A stretch of 64,000 bases of DNA, from IMG/VR virus record IMGVR_UViG_3300008110_000009; one strand, 5' to 3'. Position numbers and translations under genes: made by a program. The notes below the pieces were generated by a model. It searched no databases. It had not been told where the DNA came from and saw only the letters and a program-made list of their open reading frames with translations. Positions 8,953-19,005 of this stretch are shown here, one piece after another. This stretch comes from a virus. The stretch's first letter is position 1, and the number at the start of each line of letters is the position of its first letter.

Positions 8953-11421
8953 TTAACAAGCATATGAGTTAATTACATAACCAGAGGAATCAATTTGTAA
9001 GGTGGTACCATAGTCGCCGGTAGAATTACCATAATACTTGTTGGCACCGTTAAATGGTGTTGTCATTCCGTTATTAGTAAAGAATCTGGTGACCGTTAAC
9101 CAATCGGAAGAATTACCATAAACCGAAACATCAGAACCAAATAAACCACTACAATAATCTGGTGCAGTACTACCTGAACTAATTAAAAAATTAGTTGAAG
9201 TGGTTGAGGTTACTGTTGGTGTGGGCGTTGCTGTTGGTGTAGGTGTTGGGTATGTACTTACACAAGAAATAAAGTCTCCTCCTGATGTTCCAACATTTAT
9301 ATAAACATATTGATTTGGTGTTGCGTCAAATACTTGGGTGTATGGGTTGTCAAATCCACAATAACCGCTATATGCACCATTATTACCAGCACCAAATTCT
9401 ACAGGTGTTAATGCAGGATCATTACTTCTTGTTAATGCAAAAGAAAGCGTAGCGCCAGAAGCGATATTTACACTACCTCCACCCGTATAATATGTTAGTG
9501 CACTAGTGTTGGTTGATAATAAAGACCACGCACCATTATTGTATCGAATCCATACATTATATCTATTGTTAGGATCTGTTGTTGTTGATTGTGCTTTTTG
9601 ATAAATTCCCCAAGTTCCAGTTGATGAAGTTGGTGTGGCTGTAGGTGTTGGTGTAGGTGTTGGTGTAGGTGTTGCATTAGGTGTTGCTGTTGGTGTTGGT
9701 GTAGCTGTAGGGGTTGGTGTTGATTGAGGTAATATTTGATCTCCAAGAGCTCTATATAATACTTCTACTGTCCATGTTCCTGAAGCAATTGTTGCATTTA
9801 ATTTACCAGTTCCAGATACATTGAATCCTACTGCTGTTGTATTTCCTAAATCAATTGTAGTTGTTTCATTATATGAAGAATTTGTACCATCCCAAACACT
9901 CATTATCGCCCCACCTCTCATATTACTTCCACTTTTGATAACATAATCAAAAAATGCACCGTCAAAAGTACTTAAATCAAATATTTCTGTGTTACTTGAA
10001 ATTGTAGTTCCAGTTGAACATATTTTAGCATTATTAATTGTTAAACAACCAGCGATTGTTTGTGCACCAGTTAATGTGTTTGACCCTGTGGTTGCAAACC
10101 CATAGTTTGTGATTTGGGTGCTACTACTAACAATACCACTACCAGTAAGATTAATATTAGTAATATCAATTGAACCTGAAATAATGTGCCCACCCTTAGC
10201 TACGTTCAAATGACCCGCAACAGGTGTTGAAAAATAAACTTCAATTGTATCAGAATCTATAGATCTAATTTCTTGTGGGAAGATTATCTTTCTATTGTTG
10301 TTATAAACAGTAACAATAGGATAATCCGTACCCATATTATGGGATACCGACCAAGTGGTTGCTGCACTAAATTGTTGTGTCATTCCACCAGGACCAGTAC
10401 CTAAAGAAGCTATTGCTCTACCGCTTTGTGCAGATGGAAAAGTTATCGTTGCGCTATCGGAATTTACAGCAGTTATTTGTGATGGAATAATTACATTATC
10501 ATTCGTATCAAAAATTTGAAAAATAGGATATTTTTGACCTAAGTTGTGGTTAAATGTCCAAGTTGTACTAGGGGTTGTTTGATTTAACTCTGCATATGCT
10601 CCATCACCAGCACCGCCTCCACTACCACCAGCACCAGCATTTAAAGCAAATGCAGCTGTTAATGCATATGATGCACTCAATACCGTCATTGAAGACGTTT
10701 GACTTGAGTATACAACACTTGATGTAAAATTATCTAATGCTGTAATATGTTCGTTTACTGACCCGCTAAATAAACCAAATGAGGTTGTGAAAGAATTGAA
10801 TGCTCCAGTTAATGAATTTAAAGATCCAGTAATGTTTTCAATTCTTGTATTTAAAGATGACGAAAGATTGGTAGTACTGAATTTTAATTCTTTTGTGTAT
10901 CCATTTGTGTTCGTATCTGTATTTGATACTGTGATATCAACACCCCCATCACCAATAACTTCAAAAGCATCTGATCCGGTTGCTCTAAGCATACCAGAAC
11001 CAGAAACAAATATATCCCTAAAGTGAGAACCAATTGAAATGAATGCGGTGCCTGGTGCAGATTCACTAACGTTTAAACCGGTACCGTCGTCAAATTGTAA
11101 CTTTGTGAACGCTTTATCATATGTGTTACCATCAACATCAGATCCGGTAATAACAAATGGGACACTTGTTAAACCAGAAGCATTACCAATAAATGAACCC
11201 GAAATCACTGATGCAGATATTGCACCAACTAAACTAATTGAACCTGTATTAACGGTATTTGTAACTACTAATTCTTGTACTGAGGGTCCACCGGAGCCAG
11301 AAACGGCCATAAAGACTTTACCGTCTGTGGTATTAAGCGCTAATTCTCCAAGTTGTAAGTTAGTGTTCGTTGGTTTTTGACCAGATACACTACTTCTACG
11401 TAGTTTTACTATTTGTGCCAT
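8953..11421 (-). CDS. Tail fibre / branching adaptor protein with Pro-Thr linkers
   Basis: MAQIVKLRRSS...GELALNTTDGKVF N-terminal fibre domain; two W(T/S)xxHN(L/M)G..YP repeats; FFDYVIKSGSNMR domain; then two PT linkers each followed by a small domain. Confidence 0.75.
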   Translation of the reverse strand: MAQIVKLRRSSVSGQKPTNTNLQLGELALNTTDGKVFMAVSGSGGPSVQELVVTNTVNTGSISLVGAISASVISGSFIGNASGLTSVPFVITGSDVDGNTYDKAFTKLQFDDGTGLNVSESAPGTAFISIGSHFRDIFVSGSGMLRATGSDAFEVIGDGGVDITVSNTDTNTNGYTKELKFSTTNLSSSLNTRIENITGSLNSLTGAFNSFTTSFGLFSGSVNEHITALDNFTSSVVYSSQTSSMTVLSASYALTAAFALNAGAGGSGGGAGDGAYAELNQTTPSTTWTFNHNLGQKYPIFQIFDTNDNVIIPSQITAVNSDSATITFPSAQSGRAIASLGTGPGGMTQQFSAATTWSVSHNMGTDYPIVTVYNNNRKIIFPQEIRSIDSDTIEVYFSTPVAGHLNVAKGGHIISGSIDITNINLTGSGIVSSSTQITNYGFATTGSNTLTGAQTIAGCLTINNAKICSTGTTISSNTEIFDLSTFDGAFFDYVIKSGSNMRGGAIMSVWDGTNSSYNETTTIDLGNTTAVGFNVSGTGKLNATIASGTWTVEVLYRALGDQILPQSTPTPTATPTPTATPNATPTPTPTPTPTATPTSSTGTWGIYQKAQSTTTDPNNRYNVWIRYNNGAWSLLSTNTSALTYYTGGGSVNIASGATLSFALTRSNDPALTPVEFGAGNNGAYSGYCGFDNPYTQVFDATPNQYVYINVGTSGGDFISCVSTYPTPTPTATPTPTVTSTTSTNFLISSGSTAPDYCSGLFGSDVSVYGNSSDWLTVTRFFTNNGMTTPFNGANKYYGNSTGDYGTTLQIDSSGYVINSYAC

Positions 11422-11502
11422 ATATATGGGTCCCTCAAAATTGTTGTGGTATAACCTATGTAGGTCTTACTATAAATACATAAAAGTTATGATTATGTAA
11501 AT

Positions 11503-11533
11503 AAAAAAGGGAGGTTTTTATACCTCCCTTTTT
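11503..11533. terminator. Intrinsic terminator (potentially bidirectional)
   Basis: AAAAAAGGGAGGT-ttttat-ACCTCCCTTTTT, just downstream of the stop at 11553. Confidence 0.85.
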
Positions 11534-11552
11534 ATTATTCCCAAATAAACGC

Positions 11553-14301
11553 TTAGTACGTTCCGCCATCAATCACTGTAGAAAACGCTAACGCTCCAGT
11601 AGAATTTTTATAGCCCAATAAACCATCTAATACGTCTGTTGTTTCTGTTGTTGAAACAAAACCAACAATATTAGCAGAGTTTCTGAACATGATAGCAGAT
11701 GTTTTAGTTCCGTTATCGGTTCCACCTGAATATGATAATGTGAAATTACCACTAATCAATGCATCACCTGTTCCAGAGTCGATTGTAAATTTATTTGTAT
11801 TGAATGCTAATGTTGTACCAAGATAAGTCAACAAGCTATCTGAAATATGATCATCACCTGTTGCAATTGGAATGTGACCAACTGTTAATCCTGTCTCATC
11901 ACCCAATGATCCACTGTTTTTAGGTCCCGCAATAAATCTTGCAGAAGCATATGCTGAACCAGAAGGGTTCGAATATAACCACACATTATTCACAGCATCC
12001 CATAAAAGTGATCCAGTTGCACCGGCATTTGAACCAGAATCGTGTACTGTTATACCACCAAATCTTTCAAATGGTGCATATGTGTTTAAGTTAATAATAT
12101 TTGTTCCCAAATCAACTTGTGAAGAAGAGATGTTAACATAGCTAGATGTTCCTAATAATTCTAAGTTACCTGAAACATATAAATTCCCATGAACAACTGC
12201 ATTATCTGTAACATCAAGAGAACCTGAAATTCCTAAACTACCTGTAATTCCTAAATCAACATTTTCAAGTCTCAAGCTTCCGGTGTTATCTAATAACACT
12301 TTGTGAGTCAAGCCAGATGAAATATCATATGTTGAAAAATTAACGCTACCACTATTAACATTAAGATAGTTAACACCCGATTCACTATTGTCTGTTTTTA
12401 GTTGTATACTTAAACTTGATGTACTTTCTAATACTATGTCTCCAGCGGTTGTAATATCTAAGTTACCCGCGCCATAATCGGAAATATGATTAACAAACAA
12501 TGTATCACCACCAACTAAACTAACATTATTGTCAAAAGATGTTACACCAGAAACACTTAAAGAATCTTTTAGTGTTGCTGAACCGGTAACGTCTAATGTT
12601 GAGTTAATTGTAGTAGCCCCTTTTAATTCTGTAGATGAGTTTACTGTTAAAGTACTTTCTAATGTTGTTGTTCCTGATACTGATAAGCTGTCTTTTAGTG
12701 TTGCTGAACCTGTTACAGTTAATGTAGAATTCATTCCTACCGCACCTCTTAGTTCTGATGAACCAGTGACTAACAATGTACCATCTATAACTGTTGTACC
12801 AGTCATAGAAACACCGCTAGTATTAGCTAAGAACTTTCTGTGCCATGTTGTACCATCAAATTCAGCAATATTGAATCCGCCCGTACCACTGTTTCTCGAA
12901 TCAAAAACAAACTCAGCACCACCTCTTTGAGATGGGGTTGCATAATTGTTACCAAACATTTGGTAATATGAACCTAAAATGTTTGAGCCATCATAGAAAC
13001 CGTATATTGTGTTGTCGGTGTAATGAATCTATTGTGATTGTATTAGTATTATCATCTATTTTTAAGAAATTACTATCATCACCGAAGAAGCTATATGCAG
13101 CATTACCTTTGATATGAATATCAGATGGTGCGGTATTATAAATTCTAAAATCTCTAGAATCATTAAGATCTGGTTTCAAATATAGTGAACCGGTACCTTG
13201 AATATTAGTTACTTCAAGTGCACCAGATAAATTTAAATTGCCGTTATCAAAAGTTAAACCACTGTAGTCCGTTAATAAACCGTTTGTGCCAGCAACAACT
13301 AATCTTTTTTCTGTTAATTGATCATTATATATCGATCCAGATATTACTACTTGATCGCCAGCGCCTTGTCCTAAATAAGATGAACCGCTTACAACTAAGT
13401 CTTCAAATACTGTGATACCATCAAGTGATATTGATTGTGCTTCTAATATATTAACATAAGCAGTTCCACTAACATGTAGGTTTCTCCAGTTTTTACTTGA
13501 AGAACCTAAGTCGAATGAATTGTGTACAATTGGTAATATTGATGAACTAACCTCACCACCAAATTGAATAATATCTGTTGTTTGGTTACCGATTGTGATG
13601 TTACCACCTAAAGTGATGTCACCAGTTACTTCAATAGAACCTGTTTGATATGTGTTACCTGTTATATGTAAATCGTTACCTAAGAAAGTTTGACCGCTAA
13701 CAGTTAGGGTTCCACCAGTTAAATTAGTAACCGTACCGTATGTACTTGTAAAAGTTGATCCAGTTAAGTTTGTAAAATTACCATTACTTCCGGTTAAAGA
13801 AGTGATGTTTGAATTCGTACTTACGAATGTTGTACCAGTTAGATTTGTAAAATTACCATTACTTCCGGTTAAAGAAGTGATGTTAGCATTGGTACTACTT
13901 AAGGTTGTACCAGTAACATTAGTAATATTTGCATTACTACCGGTAAGTGAAGTAATTGTAACATTACTAATAGTGTTACCTTCAATGTTACCAGTAAAAT
14001 CTAATCTACTGTTACCATCTTTACTAAGAATATAAAGAGATTTATTTCCCGAAGCATAAAATGGTGTACCATCGATTACTGAACCATGTGATCCAACTGT
14101 GATTGTTGGGGCTGCAGCACCTTGATAAATCTTGGAAATCGGTCTATAAGCACCTGCAATACCTTCAGTTTCACCAACAAAAAGAAACGGACCGTTAAGG
14201 TCTCCGATTGATCCTGTGGCTACAACAAGTTCAGAAATTCTGGCTGTAACATCTTTTAATTGGGTTATACTACCTCTCCTGTGTTTAATTATTTGTGCCA
14301 T
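11553..14301 (-). CDS. Tail fibre protein, frameshifted near 13020 (ORFs 12991-14301 and 11553-12959 appear to be one gene)
   Basis: The upstream ORF ends in off-pattern LHRQHNIRFL*. The downstream frame is already open from ~13028 (TDNTIYGFYDGSNILGSYYQMFG...). Starts MAQIIKHRRG and ends VIDGGTY. Confidence 0.7.
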
Positions 14302-14346
14302 CTTTCTTTTTTAATAGTTTTATTTATATAAATACTTTATTTTTAA

Positions 14347-15084
14347 TTAGAAAAAACCGTCGCCACAGTCAATAACCGAATTTTTGTTACGGTCACTTAA
14401 CGAACCTAGATTTTCTATAGTTAATGACGCAGATACTATGTGACTATTAACAATATTCTTAACAATTGCCATAGCACCTGATACCGTCAAAGTATCTTTA
14501 TTATGATCTGTCTGTACCAATGTTGTCCCCCCTTCTACTTTAAGATCACCAAGAATTCTAACAGACCCACTCATTAATATTGTTGTACCATCGTCAGAAA
14601 CCCTGGAATCAATTAAAGTTCCATCCTGACCGGTCTTAAGTAGATAATTTGCGGTTCCAGTACCACCTAATAAAATAGGTTGCTCACTTCCTAAAGGCCC
14701 AGCTATCCATCTATCATTAAGTGAGTCCCATAAAAATGAGCCAGAAATTGTATTTGGGGCGGTGGGGTCTTTTATTAACAAACCGCCAAAAGAAGCTGCA
14801 GTACCATTTAATTCAACAATATTGTCACCGATCGTAACAACATTTGATTCTACTGCGGTTGTTGTACCCTTAACGGTTAAATTACCACTAACTACAAGGT
14901 TACCTGGAATATCCAAGTCGCCACCAACAACTAATGATCCCGAAGCATATAAATTTTTAGCATATACGGCTTCCAAATAATTTGAGCCGGTTCCACCCAA
15001 TACTACCAATGAAGCCGATCCACTCGAATTTAATGGAACGTTCTGGGTGTCAATCTGTAACCAATTTATCTGTTGTAGAGGCAT
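14347..15084 (-). CDS. Short tail fibre / adaptor protein
   Basis: GNLTVKGTTTAVESNVVTIGDNIVELN fibre motif, shared with the 11553 and 3868 proteins; ends VIDCGDGFF. Confidence 0.7.
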   Translation of the reverse strand: MPLQQINWLQIDTQNVPLNSSGSASLVVLGGTGSNYLEAVYAKNLYASGSLVVGGDLDIPGNLVVSGNLTVKGTTTAVESNVVTIGDNIVELNGTAASFGGLLIKDPTAPNTISGSFLWDSLNDRWIAGPLGSEQPILLGGTGTANYLLKTGQDGTLIDSRVSDDGTTILMSGSVRILGDLKVEGGTTLVQTDHNKDTLTVSGAMAIVKNIVNSHIVSASLTIENLGSLSDRNKNSVIDCGDGFF

Positions 15085-15133
15085 GTAAAAGTAAAGTCTT
15101 TTACATAAATACTTTTATTATGGTTCTTCGCAT

Positions 15134-15163
15134 AAAAAAGGGGATTTTTTTTGAATCCCCTTT
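15134..15163 (-). terminator. Intrinsic terminator
   Basis: Minus strand AAAGGGGATT-caaaaaa-AATCCCCTTTTTT, after the glutaredoxin stop. Confidence 0.85.
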
Positions 15164-15172
15164 GAACTTTTT

Positions 15173-15445
15173 TTACAGATATTTTTTTATTTTTTCTATT
15201 GCCTCTTCTTTTGTTTGAAAATCACGGCCAGCTACGAATATTGGGCCGGATAAGGTTTCTGGGTCTTGTAAATAAACAGTGGGTAAAGCATCCACCTTTG
15301 TTAACTTAACAACCTCATCATAAATTTTTCTACTTTTACTTACTTCAAACTCTTCATATGATATGCCTTGTTTGATTAATTCGTCTTTGAGAAATTTACA
15401 ATGTGAACAACCGTTAAGTGTAAAAATATTTACAGAATATGCCAT
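15173..15445 (-). CDS. Glutaredoxin/NrdH-like redoxin
   Basis: FTLNGCSHC (CxxC) near the N-terminus, LPTV cis-Pro motif, 90 aa. Confidence 0.85.
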   Translation of the reverse strand: MAYSVNIFTLNGCSHCKFLKDELIKQGISYEEFEVSKSRKIYDEVVKLTKVDALPTVYLQDPETLSGPIFVAGRDFQTKEEAIEKIKKYL

Positions 15446-15446
15446 T

Positions 15447-15752
15447 TTACAAATTATTTAAAATTTCTTTATAGAAACTATCCGAATTCGCTCCGGTAGA
15501 TCTATCGATTAATTCAGCCCCTTTATATATCATCACGGTAGGTACCGATCTAATACCAACTTTTACTGCGTGATCCATATTTTCATCCACATCAACCGAA
15601 ACAAACTTTGCATTTGGATATTCTGACTGTAAATCACTAAGTCTTGGCATTAATGATTTACACGGACCACACCATTTAGCAAAATAATCAACCAATACAA
15701 CTTGGTCTCCTGTTAATAATTGTTCTACTACTTCTCCTGTAACGTTTTCCAT
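15447..15752 (-). CDS. trxA: Thioredoxin
   Basis: WCGPCK active site, IRSVPT motif, 101 aa. Confidence 0.95.
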   Translation of the reverse strand: MENVTGEVVEQLLTGDQVVLVDYFAKWCGPCKSLMPRLSDLQSEYPNAKFVSVDVDENMDHAVKVGIRSVPTVMIYKGAELIDRSTGANSDSFYKEILNNL

Positions 15753-15755
15753 AAT

Positions 15756-16826
15756 TTAAAATCCTATTTTACTTGTTTTTTTATCTGATGATTTATGAAC
15801 CTCCACATCTACATTATATATATCTGCTAGTACCATTCCTTCTGATGAAACGTAATCTTTTTTCAGATGTTTTAATAATTTATTGGTTTCCTCTAGTGTT
15901 AGCTTTTCGAACTTATGCTCAACGATAAGTCTCCCCTTTCTTAATAAAGCTTGGTCAATCCTTTCTCGTTTCATATTAAATGTGGCGATCACTTGAATGT
16001 TTAAGCAATCACCTAAAATACCATCTGTTAAGTTTAATAAATTAGATACCCCGGCTGCAGAGCCATTACCTTCTCTATCAGAAATAACCCTCTCAGCATC
16101 TTCGATAATCAAGATTGTATTTCTATGATCCATTAAAAATGGGATAATATTTGGTTCAGATAACATCTCAGCCATGGATGGTGGGATAAATAAAATATCC
16201 TTTTCTTTAATAAGTTTTGTTAGATACTTTATATAAGATGTTTTTCCGGTACCTGGTTCACCATGTAGTAAAATAATACCTTTATCATTTGGTTTATTTA
16301 ATCTTTTAACCATGATATCATGAACGTTCTTGAATTCTTTACCATAATTTAAAACTAAATCAATATCCGGAATTGCTAAATCATATTCCTCTGTATCTAA
16401 GTGTCCCATATCACTTTTTATCAAATTGATATTGGCTTTCTTTTTGTTTTTTGCAAATTTATTAATCTCATTGAAATTCATTTGTTCGTCCAGTTGTCCC
16501 TCTCTTATATCATAAAAGAATGTTAGGGTTAACAAGGGATTTTTTTCTGTTGTTTTACCATGTGAAAACATGATAAATAACTTTTTTTCATAATTTACGA
16601 ACAAGCGTTCAGATGAATTCATTTCTCTGCTTGATAATTCTATTCTTGATAGTTCGATAAAATTATGATCCTTAAAATAAGGTATAATTTCGTGAGAATA
16701 GGTTTGTCTATACGAATGTTTGGATGGGATAGTATTAAAGTGAATCAAATATAATTGTTCAACTGGCGCTTCATTCCCATAAGATGTTTCGTATAAATTA
16801 TAATGTTGGGGATATTGTACGTTCAT
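15756..16826 (-). CDS. AAA+ ATPase
   Basis: Walker A GEPGTGKT, Walker B IIEDAE, LLNLTDG, ALLRKGRL arginine-finger region. Confidence 0.9.
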   Translation of the reverse strand: MNVQYPQHYNLYETSYGNEAPVEQLYLIHFNTIPSKHSYRQTYSHEIIPYFKDHNFIELSRIELSSREMNSSERLFVNYEKKLFIMFSHGKTTEKNPLLTLTFFYDIREGQLDEQMNFNEINKFAKNKKKANINLIKSDMGHLDTEEYDLAIPDIDLVLNYGKEFKNVHDIMVKRLNKPNDKGIILLHGEPGTGKTSYIKYLTKLIKEKDILFIPPSMAEMLSEPNIIPFLMDHRNTILIIEDAERVISDREGNGSAAGVSNLLNLTDGILGDCLNIQVIATFNMKRERIDQALLRKGRLIVEHKFEKLTLEETNKLLKHLKKDYVSSEGMVLADIYNVDVEVHKSSDKKTSKIGF

Positions 16827-16864
16827 GTATTAAATATACACGAAAAAAATGACAAATCAAAACA

Positions 16865-17158
16865 TTAATTCATTGAAATTGGTGGGTAATTTTCGAAAAA
16901 CATAAATAACCCATCTGCACTATAGAATACTTTTTGTTTACTGATTGTAACAGCTAAAATTGTTTTTCTCAATAACTCAAATTGTTCTTGTGTTAATTCC
17001 GGTTGCCCATTTTTCTCAAAATTTTTTTCTGAAATTAGAGCTAAGTGTTTGTAAAATTCTTCTGCATCTGAATTACCAATGAAATAAGTTTTGGCTTCTT
17101 CATTTGTGGTTAAATAATTTTTAACCTTTTGTAGATAAACAAGAACCTCGGTATCCAT
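16865..17158 (-). CDS. Hypothetical protein
   Basis: 97-aa ORF whose start overlaps the nusG stop codon. Confidence 0.65.
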   Translation of the reverse strand: MDTEVLVYLQKVKNYLTTNEEAKTYFIGNSDAEEFYKHLALISEKNFEKNGQPELTQEQFELLRKTILAVTISKQKVFYSADGLFMFFENYPPISMN

Positions 17159-17682
17159 TAATAAACTTTTGATATTTGTTCTAAATTAACCTCAACAACA
17201 GTGTCTCGGCCAAAAACCTTAACGTTTAGTTGTACTTTATCATTATAAATATTGCTAACAACCCCGTTAAATGATGTAAATGGACCGTCATTGATAACAA
17301 CGCTTTCACCTAGAATGAATTTGACAGTTTTGTTTTCTTTGTGTTTTTCTAAAACATCGTCTTTCAATATTTTGTTAATATCATCCTCACTCATTCTTCT
17401 CGGTCTTTTATCACCAAGCATACCCATAACCGCTGGGCTGGCTGCAATTGTTTTCAATTGGTCTTCTGTTAATTGATTTTGAGATTCAAAGTAAAGATAC
17501 CCATTATATATTACTTTCTCCCTTAGAACTTTCTTTTTTCTAACTACAACGAATTCTTTTTCCATTGGGCAAACAAATCGATCAATGAAATTTATTTTAC
17601 CCAACCCAATTTGAGTGTTGAATTGTTCATTTAGTTGTCTTTCTTTACCTGGGGTAACTTTTATTACATACCACTTGGACAT
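17158..17682 (-). CDS. nusG: Transcription termination/antitermination factor NusG
   Basis: KWYVIKVTPGKE NGN domain, IYNGYLY, and KOW domain GESVVINDGPFTSFNGVV...VKVFGRDTVVEV. Confidence 0.92.
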   Translation of the reverse strand: MSKWYVIKVTPGKERQLNEQFNTQIGLGKINFIDRFVCPMEKEFVVVRKKKVLREKVIYNGYLYFESQNQLTEDQLKTIAASPAVMGMLGDKRPRRMSEDDINKILKDDVLEKHKENKTVKFILGESVVINDGPFTSFNGVVSNIYNDKVQLNVKVFGRDTVVEVNLEQISKVY

Positions 17683-17804
17683 ATTATTTTTTTTTTAATC
17701 TGAATTATTATAAATATTTATTTTTCACCTAATCATTAATATACGTATTATTTTTAAAATAAGCAAATGTTTGGTTTTTGACCTTTTTTTATTTATATTT
17801 AGTT

Positions 17805-17957
17805 ATGGGTTGCTCAAATTGTAAAAAGAAAAACACATACCTGGATGAAAAGGAAAAACAAATGTCCGGGGTTAATAATGCTGTTATAGGCTTTGTGATT
17901 ATCTGGTCACTATTGGCTTTATATGGTCTATACTCTTTAATTATGTTGCTAGTATGA
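17805..17957 (+). CDS. Small membrane protein with N-terminal CxxC (50 aa, below the ORF-track cutoff)
   Basis: MGCSNCKKK...VIGFVIIWSLLALYGLYSLIMLLV*; preceded by TTTATATTTAG; its TGA overlaps the next ATG (ATGA). Confidence 0.7.
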   Translation: MGCSNCKKKNTYLDEKEKQMSGVNNAVIGFVIIWSLLALYGLYSLIMLLV

Positions 17958-18604
17958 GTAAGAATCCAAAATACATGATTATAGTAATACTGAATAAAAA
18001 AAGAAAAAAAGTATTATATAAAAGCAATAAAAGGACCACCATCAACGAATATTGGAGAGAGTGTAAAAGCCAAAAGAAACCAATTTATTGTGCTGAAAAC
18101 AGAGGGAGATCCAGAGCTAAGCTACATTTTCATTTAATGCTAGTCTATCCAAATAATAGATGGGCTAAAAATGATGAGAAGTTTCACGTTAAAGACGCAT
18201 TGGGCAGATATCAAGAGGTTTTCATTGAACATGATGATTATAGAATTAAAGAGGTTATTCCTTGGTGGGAACCCGAAAAAATCTATGATTTTCAGCAAAA
18301 GAAACACATTTATTTTGAAGAGATGTTTGATATAATTAACAAGGTTACTGAACATGCACAGATATTCACATTGAATAATAAAATCTTTTTACAGATTGAT
18401 GATGATGTGACTGTTTATAAAAATAAGAACTTAAACGACACTCAAAGATTATTTACTATTCTTCAATCGGAGCTATTAAAAAAGAAAAGAACAAACTTTA
18501 TGTTTGTTAAAGATGTTACTTCTTATCAAAGAAGGTTGTTGTATGATTTGTTGGAGCCTAAAGGGTTTTCAAGAAACGAGCTGTTTAGGCATTACTCATA
18601 TTAA
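17954..18604 (+). CDS. Hypothetical protein (basic)
   Basis: 216 aa; the only long plus-strand ORF not shadowing a minus-strand gene; coupled to the upstream small ORF. Confidence 0.75.
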   Translation: MSKNPKYMIIVILNKKRKKVLYKSNKRTTINEYWRECKSQKKPIYCAENRGRSRAKLHFHLMLVYPNNRWAKNDEKFHVKDALGRYQEVFIEHDDYRIKEVIPWWEPEKIYDFQQKKHIYFEEMFDIINKVTEHAQIFTLNNKIFLQIDDDVTVYKNKNLNDTQRLFTILQSELLKKKRTNFMFVKDVTSYQRRLLYDLLEPKGFSRNELFRHYSY

Positions 18605-18824
18605 AGACGATATTCACATCGCCGATTTTCACATTAAAAGTATCTTGTGGTTTACCTGTAACAAATCTAACTTTAGATTCTACTATTTTATATATTCTAT
18701 AAAATTCTCTTTCTGGTAGTTCTAGAATTATTGTTTGGCTTTTAGATTCTACATTTATTTTTTCTAATAAGTCGGATATAATCGCTAACTGATTGAATAA
18801 ATCACCCTTTTTTTCCATATCCAA
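18585..18824 (-). CDS. Hypothetical protein
   Basis: 79 aa, part of an overlapping minus-strand gene run. Confidence 0.6.
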   Translation of the reverse strand: MDMEKKGDLFNQLAIISDLLEKINVESKSQTIILELPEREFYRIYKIVESKVRFVTGKPQDTFNVKIGDVNIVFNMSNA

Positions 18825-19005
18825 AAATTATTAATATCTTATCCCATATAGATATTTTCTTTTTTGGTTTTTCAACAAACATCTGGGATTTATCAAGCGC
18901 CTTAATTTCTTTTACCAGATTTTTTTTGTGTTCCAGGATCTCCTTGCTGTCCTTCTCCATCTCTTTCGAGAGCCAGCTTATGCCCTGTTGCAATCTCTTG
19001 TCCAT
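18802..19005 (-). CDS. Hypothetical protein
   Basis: 67 aa, helical with a hydrophobic C-terminus (SIWDKILIIFGY); overlaps both neighbours. Confidence 0.55.
   Translation of the reverse strand: MDKRLQQGISWLSKEMEKDSKEILEHKKNLVKEIKALDKSQMFVEKPKKKISIWDKILIIFGYGKKG

Noticed and set aside
725-13035. Site-specific inversion or shufflon explaining the three fibre-region scars
   Set aside because: No shared junction sequence, inverted repeats or recombinase gene seen, and all segments stay on the same strand.
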